From positions 124,001 through 188,000 of the IMG/VR virus record IMGVR_UViG_3300048672_001051: DNA of 64,000 bases. One strand, given 5' to 3'. Shown here piece by piece: positions 17,476 through 25,272 of this stretch. Position 1 is the first letter of the stretch. Every line of letters begins with the position of its first letter. The notes under the pieces were generated by a model. That model was given only the letters and a program-made list of their open reading frames with translations. It was not told where the DNA came from and ran no database searches. Made by a program: the position numbers and the translations under genes.

Positions 17476-18165
17476 TTAATTTATTAAATCTAGCGTGCTT
17501 TTAACAAAATACAAATCTTGCAAAGATTTTTCAATATCTTTTAATTGAGCTTCATGTCTAAGACGTGGTGAAATACATTCTAAAATATTATTAAAGTATT
17601 CAGAGTCAGACAAACAACGACTATAAAAATCAATGTAAACTTGAGTAATAAGTTTACTTAGTTTTAATAGATTCTTTTCTGTATTATCATTGATTTTAAA
17701 AACTCTAGAGTAATTTTCTGAAATACACATTGTTGGAAAATATTTTAAATCAGTAACTAAGTTTTCATACCAAAAATCATAATTAAAAATATTTTCAGGT
17801 GTTAAAAATACTATAGAGTTAATTTTTTCATCTGTTTCTTTTAAAGCTTTTTCCCACTGCTCTTCTTCAGTTAATTTTAAAAAATTATTTATACGTTTTC
17901 TAGATTTGTAATTTTCTTCAAGTCTATTTTCTATATAAACATTTTCATAATATTGAAGGCACCTTTCTGGTGTTTGTACATCTTTATAGTACTCTGTAAA
18001 AGGAATGTGCCTGTAAAATTGAACAGACTCTACTGGATTACCTTCTACAAAATCAACTCCATTCCCTATAGTAAATAAAAAATGGCTTAATACATCAATC
18101 GGTTTTGAAAAACCTGCTGTATATTTAATTTGAGTTTCAGTTACATATTGAATTAAATAACTCAT
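17476..18165 (-). CDS. Hypothetical protein
   Basis: 229-aa ORF. Confidence 0.7.
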   Translation of the reverse strand: MSYLIQYVTETQIKYTAGFSKPIDVLSHFLFTIGNGVDFVEGNPVESVQFYRHIPFTEYYKDVQTPERCLQYYENVYIENRLEENYKSRKRINNFLKLTEEEQWEKALKETDEKINSIVFLTPENIFNYDFWYENLVTDLKYFPTMCISENYSRVFKINDNTEKNLLKLSKLITQVYIDFYSRCLSDSEYFNNILECISPRLRHEAQLKDIEKSLQDLYFVKSTLDLIN

Positions 18166-18186
18166 TTTTAAATTAACCTGGAATAT

Positions 18187-18244
18187 TGGTCGGCGCAGTC
18201 GGAATCGAACCGACGGTGTACCATTACGATGTACGCGATTCGAA
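18187..18244 (-). pseudogene. 3' half (33-76) of a class II-bodied tRNA with TCG (Arg) anticodon
   Basis: T-TCG-AA-TCGC, long arm, GTCGG-TTCGATT-CCGAC, TGCGCCG-A-CCA. Confidence 0.8.
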
Positions 18245-18253
18245 CTAAGAATT

Positions 18254-18280
18254 TGGTATCACGAACGGGATTCGAAACTG
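18254..18280 (-). pseudogene. Degenerate tRNA 3' end fragment
   Basis: TTCGAAT T-loop plus acceptor strand and ACCA. Confidence 0.55.
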
Positions 18281-18288
18281 TACTATAT

Positions 18289-18339
18289 TGGTGTGGGTAG
18301 GGAGAGTCGAACTCCCAAGGCCGAAACCTGTCAGATTTT
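18289..18339 (-). pseudogene. 3' half (35-76) of a tRNA-Leu-like gene
   Basis: AA-AA-TCTGA, AGGT-TTCG-GCCT arm, T arm, TACCCAC-A-CCA. Confidence 0.75.
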
Positions 18340-18378
18340 CTTACCACTATAGTGTAGGTTTTGGTATACAGTATAAAC

Positions 18379-18407
18379 TTGTAATTTATGTGTATAGCTG
18401 TTATAAT
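18379..18407 (+). promoter_or_regulatory. Sigma70-type promoter reading antisense through tRNA-Leu into the endonuclease gene
   Basis: TTGTAA-N17-TATAAT with extended -10 TGn. Confidence 0.65.
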
Positions 18408-18411
18408 ATAT

Positions 18412-18497
18412 TGGTGGGCGCGACAGGACTTGAACCTGCATGCTTTAAAGCGGGACTGTTTAAGAATCCTGAGTCTACCTGATTTCTCCACACGCCC
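18412..18497 (-). tRNA. tRNA-Leu(TAA)
   Basis: GGATT-CT-TAA-AC-AGTCC; long arm; CCA. Confidence 0.9.
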
Positions 18498-18526
18498 AAT
18501 AAATTAAAACTAATAAAGGATTAAAA

Positions 18527-19285
18527 ATGAATCAATTATCAAAAGAACAATTATATAGTTTATATATAAATTATTATCAAACAAATATAAGTAAATTAAA
18601 AACTGCTAAAGAAACTAAAATAGATCGCAGTACAGTAAGAAAATACTTTAATTTATTTCAAACTTCTAATATTGAAGATATTATAAATACAACACACTCA
18701 GAACTTGCTTCATTAAAAGACTATATAAATAGCTGGTCAGTAGTTGAAAAACGTTGTTATACTTATATTTTAGCACAATATTTTGGGGATGGCTATATAA
18801 ATAAAACAGCCAGAACTTGGAAATTAAGGATTTCCAATGATAAAAAATATGAAAATATAAACTGTCTTATAGAAGATTGTCTTACTACTTTATTTCCAAA
18901 CAATTGTGTATCAAGGATTAATAAAACAGGGTGTTGGGATATTTGCGTTCACAGTAAAAAACTCCCTATTTTATTTCCTCACTTAGGGCAGGGTAAAAAA
19001 CATGAAAGAAAAATAAGTTTAACAACAGAACAATTAGAACTATTAAAAATGTATCCTAAGGATTTTATCTTAGGTTGTTTACATTCCGATGGTGCTAAGT
19101 GTAAAAGAAAAACAACAAATCACTTTTATCAATTTACTAATTTATCTTTAGATATAAAAGAATTTTTTGAAATTGCTTGTAGTTGTATAGGCATACCACT
19201 TAAAAATATTAAAGCTAAAAATGTTTATATTTATAAAAGAGAATATATAAATATTATAGATTCATTTTATATTGATAAATCTTAA
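18527..19285 (+). CDS. Freestanding LAGLIDADG-type homing endonuclease with N-terminal HTH
   Basis: YILAQYFGDGYI and FILGCLHSDG motifs. Confidence 0.8.
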   Translation: MNQLSKEQLYSLYINYYQTNISKLKTAKETKIDRSTVRKYFNLFQTSNIEDIINTTHSELASLKDYINSWSVVEKRCYTYILAQYFGDGYINKTARTWKLRISNDKKYENINCLIEDCLTTLFPNNCVSRINKTGCWDICVHSKKLPILFPHLGQGKKHERKISLTTEQLELLKMYPKDFILGCLHSDGAKCKRKTTNHFYQFTNLSLDIKEFFEIACSCIGIPLKNIKAKNVYIYKREYINIIDSFYIDKS

Positions 19286-19293
19286 TTTTAACA

Positions 19294-19313
19294 ACCTGCT
19301 TCGCCATGCGCCG
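19294..19313 (-). pseudogene. 5' fragment of the split Arg(TCG) tRNA
   Basis: CGGCGCA-TG-GCGAAGCAGGT; pairs 7/7 with acceptor strand TGCGCCG at 18191-18197. Confidence 0.8.
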
Positions 19314-19624
19314 ATATGTTTCTAACAACAATATAAAATCTTCTGGCTATATTTTCGTATACAGCATATCTGTTTTGTTAAAAGATCCGGACCTTTCAGA
19401 TGTTTTTACTCTTAAACTACAGAAGATAAACTACTTATTACAAAATTTTTGCAGTGCAAACTGCTTTGTAATCCGTATAAAAACGTGTATTAAATAACTT
19501 AGTTTGTACTTGTTTCGCTTCTAAGCAAGCTTTAGGCGTTGAATACTCTTGAGAGCCGCTAGAAACACTGTCAGTGCTACTTACAAGAACCCAAGTTAAA
19601 ATCCAAATATTCATACAAAAGTCC

Positions 19625-19840
19625 TTAAATAATAAATTCGACAGTACTTGGTGCTGTCACCATGTAATAAGTTTCTTTAAAAAGTTTTAAAGAAACACTT
19701 ACGTTTTTAAACGGAATTTTATCACGAAAAGCATTAATCAAATTTGGTAAAGATTCTGCAAGAGCTAGTTTAATATCAACTAATCCAGACTCTTTTTCTT
19801 TATCCAATAACTTTAAAAGTTCTTGTTTAAAGTTAATCAT
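19625..19840 (-). CDS. Hypothetical protein (start moved to MINFKQ)
   Basis: 71 aa after trimming overlap with upstream gene. Confidence 0.5.
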   Translation of the reverse strand: MINFKQELLKLLDKEKESGLVDIKLALAESLPNLINAFRDKIPFKNVSVSLKLFKETYYMVTAPSTVEFII

Positions 19841-20054
19841 ATGTAATCGTCCGTTGTTTAAAAGTTGCACTACTAGTAGTGCTATTTTCGCAACGTGCAA
19901 TGTAAAGTCTTTCGGCATTAACCCACAATTTTGTTAATGCGCAGTCTTCAAAACCTGAACGTAAATTTAATTCACGCTCAGCTTCTTCTATAGACGTACA
20001 GCCTTGTAAAAAAGCTAAAAACACTGCAGCAATAATAAAACTTTTAATTTTCAT
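19833..20054 (-). CDS. Small lipoprotein
   Basis: Signal peptide with lipobox LQGC. Confidence 0.7.
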   Translation of the reverse strand: MKIKSFIIAAVFLAFLQGCTSIEEAERELNLRSGFEDCALTKLWVNAERLYIARCENSTTSSATFKQRTITYD

Positions 20055-20180
20055 AAGTAATCCTAGTTATAAAGTCATGCTTACTGAACAGCTTCAGCAG
20101 CTTTAAACATTTTATCAATAATAATTTCAAGCTCATCGAGTAAAAGATGAGCTTGTTTAATAAGTTCTGGCATAAATACC

Positions 20181-20717
20181 TCAACAATATTGTGAGTGGT
20201 TATTTGGTGCAATACAAAAATTGTTAGTCAACAGTTTAAAACAACCTTGAGGTACAATTTTTGAAAGCTTGATATACTCATTGGCATTTAAAAGTTCACG
20301 CACAAGTGTGCCTGAAATGTTTAAATCTGATGTAAAATCACAAAAAGTAACTTTTGGATTTAACTCTAAAATTTGATTTAAATATGTAGTAGTACTTAAG
20401 TCTTTCTTAGAACCCGCTAAATGACTGATATCAAAAAGATCAATGAGTTTTGAAACAGACTGTAGCCAGCTGTTGGTGTCTAAGTCATCGTATAACGGTA
20501 TAAATAAGAATTTATCTGCGTCATCAGATGAAAAAGAATTTTTAATACAGTTGACTCTAAAATTAAAATCAAATGGATTTAAATCGTCTACAATACCTAC
20601 GCCTATAGCGACAACAACATTGTTCAAAGTTTTATTCAAAGCTTGTTGAAGTTGCTGAAAATGTCCATTATGGAAACCTTGAAAACGCCCAACAATTAGA
20701 AAATTTGAGTTAATCAT
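20181..20717 (-). CDS. NMN adenylyltransferase (NadM-like, HxGH nucleotidyltransferase)
   Basis: GRFQGFHNGH and ISGTLVRE motifs. Confidence 0.8.
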   Translation of the reverse strand: MINSNFLIVGRFQGFHNGHFQQLQQALNKTLNNVVVAIGVGIVDDLNPFDFNFRVNCIKNSFSSDDADKFLFIPLYDDLDTNSWLQSVSKLIDLFDISHLAGSKKDLSTTTYLNQILELNPKVTFCDFTSDLNISGTLVRELLNANEYIKLSKIVPQGCFKLLTNNFCIAPNNHSQYC

Positions 20718-21195
20718 TTTGACAACCTTGAAGCTTTTTAATTAAATTATCAGCAACTTCAGCAGTAAAACCATAACTATTATCAATTTTTAGAAACTTA
20801 GTTTCATGTTGATAACTTGCATCAGAATCGTCGTCTAAGACGTAGTAATCTTCACAAGTGTTATTGGCTAACCAGTCGGAGATTTGCAAGCCACGGGCAA
20901 TTAAGCCCGCGCGCTTACGGTGTTCTTCAGGTACTAAATCTTTGCAAGTTGTTGAACCAACAACTTCTGCTGTTAAACCCATTGATTTACAAACTATCTG
21001 TAAAGTTTGAAAGTCATATAGTTTGCGCCAACTACTGCTGACAACTATTTTAAAATTACAAACATCAGTTAAGCGATTAATATTTGCAATTAATATTGGA
21101 GAATAAGAATCAATATCATTAGATTGTAATGTTACTAAGTCTGTCGACTCACAAGCATTTATAACACCATCAAAATCAAGAAAAAGAATTTTCAT
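20710..21195 (-). CDS. HAD-family phosphatase (RNA-repair type)
   Basis: FLDFDGV, VVSSSWR, VLDDD; start trimmed to exclude tRNA-Trp. Confidence 0.85.
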   Translation of the reverse strand: MKILFLDFDGVINACESTDLVTLQSNDIDSYSPILIANINRLTDVCNFKIVVSSSWRKLYDFQTLQIVCKSMGLTAEVVGSTTCKDLVPEEHRKRAGLIARGLQISDWLANNTCEDYYVLDDDSDASYQHETKFLKIDNSYGFTAEVADNLIKKLQGCQND

Positions 21196-21209
21196 GTCTA
21201 AACTCAAAA

Positions 21210-21284
21210 TGGCAGCTATGCACGGACTCGAACCGCAACTAATGGTTTTGGAGACCATTGTCCTGCCAATTAGACGACATAGCT
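21210..21284 (-). tRNA. tRNA-Trp(CCA)
   Basis: ATGGT-CT-CCA-AA-ACCAT; CCA. Confidence 0.93.
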
Positions 21285-21291
21285 ACAACAA

Positions 21292-23829
21292 TTAACGATA
21301 CATTTTTGTTAAATATTTTGTTAACAAAAACTGTGCGTGTAAATCAGAACGCTCTTCTGCGTACTCAATTTCTAACTCAGTTGAAAGCTCTTGTAAACGT
21401 TTATCAATTTTAAGTAATAAAGAGTCAAGGCTAAAAGTCATTTCATTTAAACCTACCACTTTTAAACCTGCCAAAGTTTTTAAACGTGATATGGCAACAT
21501 AACCCTGACCTTTTTCAAAAACTTTTGATAAATCTATCTCAGCTTCGTCTAAACTCATACCTTGACAGTTTGACATTACAAAGCCATTTTGAATAAAATT
21601 TCCAGCATTTGGAACCTCAACACATTGCGATTCAAGTTCAATATTGACTAAATTTTCAATTCGAACGTAATAAAAATCTAACAAGTCAGAACAAATTGAA
21701 GGTACATAATCTCTAGTGACGTAACCTCTTTTTAAACTAGCTTTATACATTGTATAAGATATGTATTTATTCGTATACCAATTTAAAAGAGTTTCCTTAG
21801 TTACTGGAACTCTACTATTAGAATCAGTTCTGATAATAGTGTAATTTAAAAGTCTTTGTTGATTAAATTTATTTATAAATCCGACATAATCTCTAAAAAG
21901 CTTGCAGTACTTACCATAAATATATAAATAAGTAATGTTATCTTTTTTTGATATTGTACAAGCAATCCCTACACGTAATAAGACTTGCTGTACAAATTGA
22001 CAAACAGTAAAAGATTTATTAGCAAATTCAATGTGATCTACTTTACTTTGTTTAATATTTACAGTGCCGTCTTCATAAAGACCTTTTAAAAAAGATAACT
22101 GAACAGAAAGGGGTGATTGTTTTATAATATGAGGAACTTGTTTTAAATTTGAAACTAATTCAGGACACCACTCATTCAGTATATAATGAGAAAGATGACG
22201 AGAACAGACTTCAAATTGATAAAAATCTTTACCACCCACATTTAAAATTCTAATAGGGTTATCAACGACATTAAATAAATTAATACATAATTGTTTAAAA
22301 CGTTCTACTGTTTCAATATGTTTTTTAGTTAAGCTAAAAGAACTTTTTCTAACAGTTCCGTCAGCTAAAAGCAATCCTAAGAATTCTGAGAAATTTTCAT
22401 CAAGTACTTCTGGTAATTTGTATTTTACAGTGCGTACATCAAATATTTTTGAAGTCGCAGATGACAATTTTAAATAAGGACTATTACATGTTTGATTAAG
22501 TTTCAGTTTAAGCCATTGACCTACAATAAGCTCTTTAGCTTCTACATAATTCCAAGAATCTCCAGTAAAAGCTAAGCACTTGTGAGAATCAGTGACCTTA
22601 ATACTATAGTTACGCTCACAAATAATTTCTTTTCCAGTTAGTAAGTGGTTATTAACTTTATTAACATAAGGCAACACTTCAAACTCAGTTTGTATTGCGC
22701 CTGACTCTTGTATATCTTTAATCTGCAATAAGCCTTGAGTAGTATTAACATAAGTGTCAGGATGAATACACTTATGGACTGTTATAGCGTAAGCAAGCGT
22801 TAAAGGCACTTGAGTATAAGTAGCGGTGTTACCAGCGCCATTGTTTTCAAAACGCCATTCAACAGGGTCGGCAGTCACTGTTAATCCTGTTGTTAATTTA
22901 ACTTTAGGATAATATTGACCATTAAATCTTTCAAAACCTACGACTGTACCTTGAGACCCATTAGCGTACTGTCCATTTATGTTGTCATTTTTAACAAACA
23001 TAACTTTAGTGTTAAGTTTTAATTCAAGAACTTCAGGAGCTTTAATATTTGCTTTTAACATATCTACAAATATAGATTTACCTGTAGTTTTAGCCTTATT
23101 AGTATACACAATACCTGGCAGGGCATCAAAATGTTGTTTATTAATAGCTGTAACGTCTCTGTTGTGAGTATACAACTTTAAAGGATTTGTGAGCGTATTT
23201 GAAGAAGTCGCAGCAATAATATCAATGTGCTCTTGAGTGACAGTTTGAGATCTTATTGCATTTAAAATATCATTTAACTTATCACCATCAGCTTGACGAT
23301 ATTGTTTTGTTAAGTAGCAAGACTTAAAATTTGCTCTAACCCAAACAGGTGACATAAAGCAAAATTTATCGCGATTGGCTTCACCATTAGTACTAACTGG
23401 TGGTAATTGTAGCCCATCACCAGCTAATATAACTTGAAGACCGCCAAATGGTTTTTCACTCTGCCGTAGCCTACGTAGTACAAAATCAATTGCTTCAAAC
23501 TGATCTTTGTGCAACATAGATATTTCATCAATAACTAAAACGCGAGCTTTAATTATCTTCATGTATTTTATTTGATTTTTCTTAATCTTGTCGACATGTG
23601 TTTGTGTAATGTGGCTTTTAATTCCAATGCCAGTCCAAGAGTGAATTGTCTGACCATCAATATTTGTAGCTGCAATACCTGTAGACGCAGTAATAGCGTA
23701 AGGCACGTTACGAGCTTTAAGATAGTCTAAATACACTTTTAAAGTATAAGATTTACCAACACCTGCAGAGCCAGTTAAAAATACATTGGCACCTGTTTTA
23801 AGAATATTTAAAGCAGTTGTTTGATCCAT
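21292..23829 (-). CDS. Pif1-family SF1B helicase precursor containing an intein
   Basis: GSAGVGKS, IDEISM, GDGLQLPP, AITVHK|CQG, YVAISR. Confidence 0.92.
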   Translation of the reverse strand: MDQTTALNILKTGANVFLTGSAGVGKSYTLKVYLDYLKARNVPYAITASTGIAATNIDGQTIHSWTGIGIKSHITQTHVDKIKKNQIKYMKIIKARVLVIDEISMLHKDQFEAIDFVLRRLRQSEKPFGGLQVILAGDGLQLPPVSTNGEANRDKFCFMSPVWVRANFKSCYLTKQYRQADGDKLNDILNAIRSQTVTQEHIDIIAATSSNTLTNPLKLYTHNRDVTAINKQHFDALPGIVYTNKAKTTGKSIFVDMLKANIKAPEVLELKLNTKVMFVKNDNINGQYANGSQGTVVGFERFNGQYYPKVKLTTGLTVTADPVEWRFENNGAGNTATYTQVPLTLAYAITVHKCIHPDTYVNTTQGLLQIKDIQESGAIQTEFEVLPYVNKVNNHLLTGKEIICERNYSIKVTDSHKCLAFTGDSWNYVEAKELIVGQWLKLKLNQTCNSPYLKLSSATSKIFDVRTVKYKLPEVLDENFSEFLGLLLADGTVRKSSFSLTKKHIETVERFKQLCINLFNVVDNPIRILNVGGKDFYQFEVCSRHLSHYILNEWCPELVSNLKQVPHIIKQSPLSVQLSFLKGLYEDGTVNIKQSKVDHIEFANKSFTVCQFVQQVLLRVGIACTISKKDNITYLYIYGKYCKLFRDYVGFINKFNQQRLLNYTIIRTDSNSRVPVTKETLLNWYTNKYISYTMYKASLKRGYVTRDYVPSICSDLLDFYYVRIENLVNIELESQCVEVPNAGNFIQNGFVMSNCQGMSLDEAEIDLSKVFEKGQGYVAISRLKTLAGLKVVGLNEMTFSLDSLLLKIDKRLQELSTELEIEYAEERSDLHAQFLLTKYLTKMYR
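21568..22770 (-). mobile_element. 401-aa intein with LAGLIDADG endonuclease
   Basis: Starts CIHPDT after TVHK, ends FVMSN before Cys+1; FLGLLLADG and FLKGLYEDG motifs. Confidence 0.92.
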
Positions 23830-23885
23830 AGCAGTGTTTCATTTTTAATAATTGTATATTTAATGTGTTTTATAAAATTTGTGAG

Positions 23886-23961
23886 TGGTCCACCTGGAGG
23901 GATTCGAACCCCCAATCTAGAGAATAGAAGTCTCTTGCTTTATCCATTTAGCCACAGGCGG
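23886..23961 (-). tRNA. tRNA-Arg(TCT)
   Basis: AGAGA-CT-TCT-AT-TCTCT; CCA. Confidence 0.93.
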
Positions 23962-23971
23962 AAAATAAAAA

Positions 23972-24148
23972 TTAATCAAAAAAACTTTCAAGAATATCTA
24001 GAAAGTTTTTTAAAACATAATCTAGAAAAGCCAAAATAATTGCAGCAACAAATCCAATTAACAATGCAAAAGAAACTTTAGTAATTGTTAAAGAAATTCC
24101 TGCAACTACAATAAATACAGCAATAAAAAATTGGAGTCTTGCTGACAT
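23972..24148 (-). CDS. 58-aa two-helix membrane protein
   Basis: Manual translation MSARLQFFIAVFIVVAG...; below track cutoff. Confidence 0.55.
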   Translation of the reverse strand: MSARLQFFIAVFIVVAGISLTITKVSFALLIGFVAAIILAFLDYVLKNFLDILESFFD

Positions 24149-24335
24149 TTTGTGAAACCTTTTAGCCTAAAGCTGAGAAATTAAAGTGTAATCACTAAGT
24201 TTAAAATTCTTAATGATAAAAACTTTGCCAGTAAAAAAGCATACTTCTTCATAATGCTGCCCTAAAATTTTTGGAGGCTTACATAAATAAAGACGACACA
24301 ATGCTTTTGTTTTATTATTACGATAAAAACTCATA

Positions 24336-24548
24336 TTAATAAAGTTTCTCTAAATATCTGTCTAGATTAGTTTTCAGCTTAAGTTTTTCTTCAGGCGTAC
24401 ATTTTGAGTAATAGCTGTAGAAAAAACTAAATTCTATCCAACCTTCCGTATTAATTACTGAACATTTGCGACACACAACATCGGTAGTTTTTAAAAACCA
24501 AGAGATTGTCGTGCCACAGGAGTGGCAGTGAGAATAAAAAATACCCAT
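24336..24548 (-). CDS. Small Zn-ribbon protein
   Basis: CHSC and CRKC pairs. Confidence 0.6.
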   Translation of the reverse strand: MGIFYSHCHSCGTTISWFLKTTDVVCRKCSVINTEGWIEFSFFYSYYSKCTPEEKLKLKTNLDRYLEKLY

Positions 24549-24572
24549 AATATAGTAAAATCCTGCGTATTT

Positions 24573-24809
24573 TTAAATTGCTAAATTCATTTTACAACAA
24601 AAATCGTCAATGTCCCGATGGTATATCTCTCCAAGACTACTTTGGTAAACAATCAATATAGGAGTACCTTTTAAAACACCTGCTGGTTTACTAATACCTA
24701 AAACTTTATATGTATTAGGTTGATCTGAATAAGTAGCTTCAATATCATTATGATCGTTCAACAGTTTTAATAAGAGATCTGGAACATAACTCTTTGCAAC
24801 TAAATTCAT
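24573..24809 (-). CDS. Hypothetical protein
   Basis: 78 aa; YKVLGI...IVYQS...YHR pattern. Confidence 0.6.
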   Translation of the reverse strand: MNLVAKSYVPDLLLKLLNDHNDIEATYSDQPNTYKVLGISKPAGVLKGTPILIVYQSSLGEIYHRDIDDFCCKMNLAI

Positions 24810-24823
24810 ATTTAAAATCTATA

Positions 24824-24900
24824 TGGAGCTTGTGCAGAGACTTTAACTCTGTATCACTGGATTTGCAATCCAGTCCCTCGAACACTTCGGGTTAACAAGC
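24824..24900 (-). tRNA. tRNA-Cys(GCA)
   Basis: CTGGA-TT-GCA-AA-TCCAG; atypical T-loop TTAAAGT; T73; CCA. Confidence 0.85.
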
Positions 24901-24904
24901 ATGT

Positions 24905-25114
24905 TTAATGGATGTTTAAAACATACCACAAAATACAACCTGCAACAATTGAAGAAGCTGCAGAAACTAAAAAACTTGCGAAATATGATTTAAAATCACA
25001 ATCTTTTTTTAAAACTTCAGGTGGAGTAGTTTGAGGGCTGCTGGATGCAATTCCCAAATCGTTACCCAGACCATCCCACATTTCAAAACAATTTTGAGAG
25101 TAAATGTTAAACAT
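24905..25114 (-). CDS. Small membrane protein
   Basis: C-terminal hydrophobic helix. Confidence 0.55.
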   Translation of the reverse strand: MFNIYSQNCFEMWDGLGNDLGIASSSPQTTPPEVLKKDCDFKSYFASFLVSAASSIVAGCILWYVLNIH

Positions 25115-25130
25115 AAAAATACCTTAAAAA

Positions 25131-25261
25131 GTACAAGGCCAGGACTCGAACCTGGAACCAGCTGATTGGTCGATGTAAACCTTTACTACAACACTCTATG
25201 GAGGTTAAAAGTGCAAAAGTTACTTTTTGTCGGCTGCTCTACCGATTGAGCTACCCTGTAC
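25131..25261 (-). ncRNA. tRNA-shaped RNA with about 60-nt insert in place of the anticodon loop; candidate Y (Yrl) RNA
   Basis: Acceptor (G)TACAGGG/CCTTGTA(C), canonical D and T arms, no CCA, followed by U run; starts 11 nt after TROVE stop. Confidence 0.75.
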
Positions 25262-25272
25262 TATTTTAAAAC

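Noticed and set aside
18168-18491. 107-aa minus and 64-aa plus ORFs
   Set aside because: They coincide with tRNA-Leu and tRNA fragments.
18187-19313. Functional trans-spliced split tRNA-Arg
   Set aside because: Positions about 21-32 (3' D strand and 5' anticodon strand) are absent from both pieces and there are no complementary leader/trailer sequences.
7100-25000. Theta/HDV-like ribozymes at tRNA 3' ends
   Set aside because: I could not find the nested double-pseudoknot pattern by eye after any tRNA; a covariance search would be needed to exclude it.
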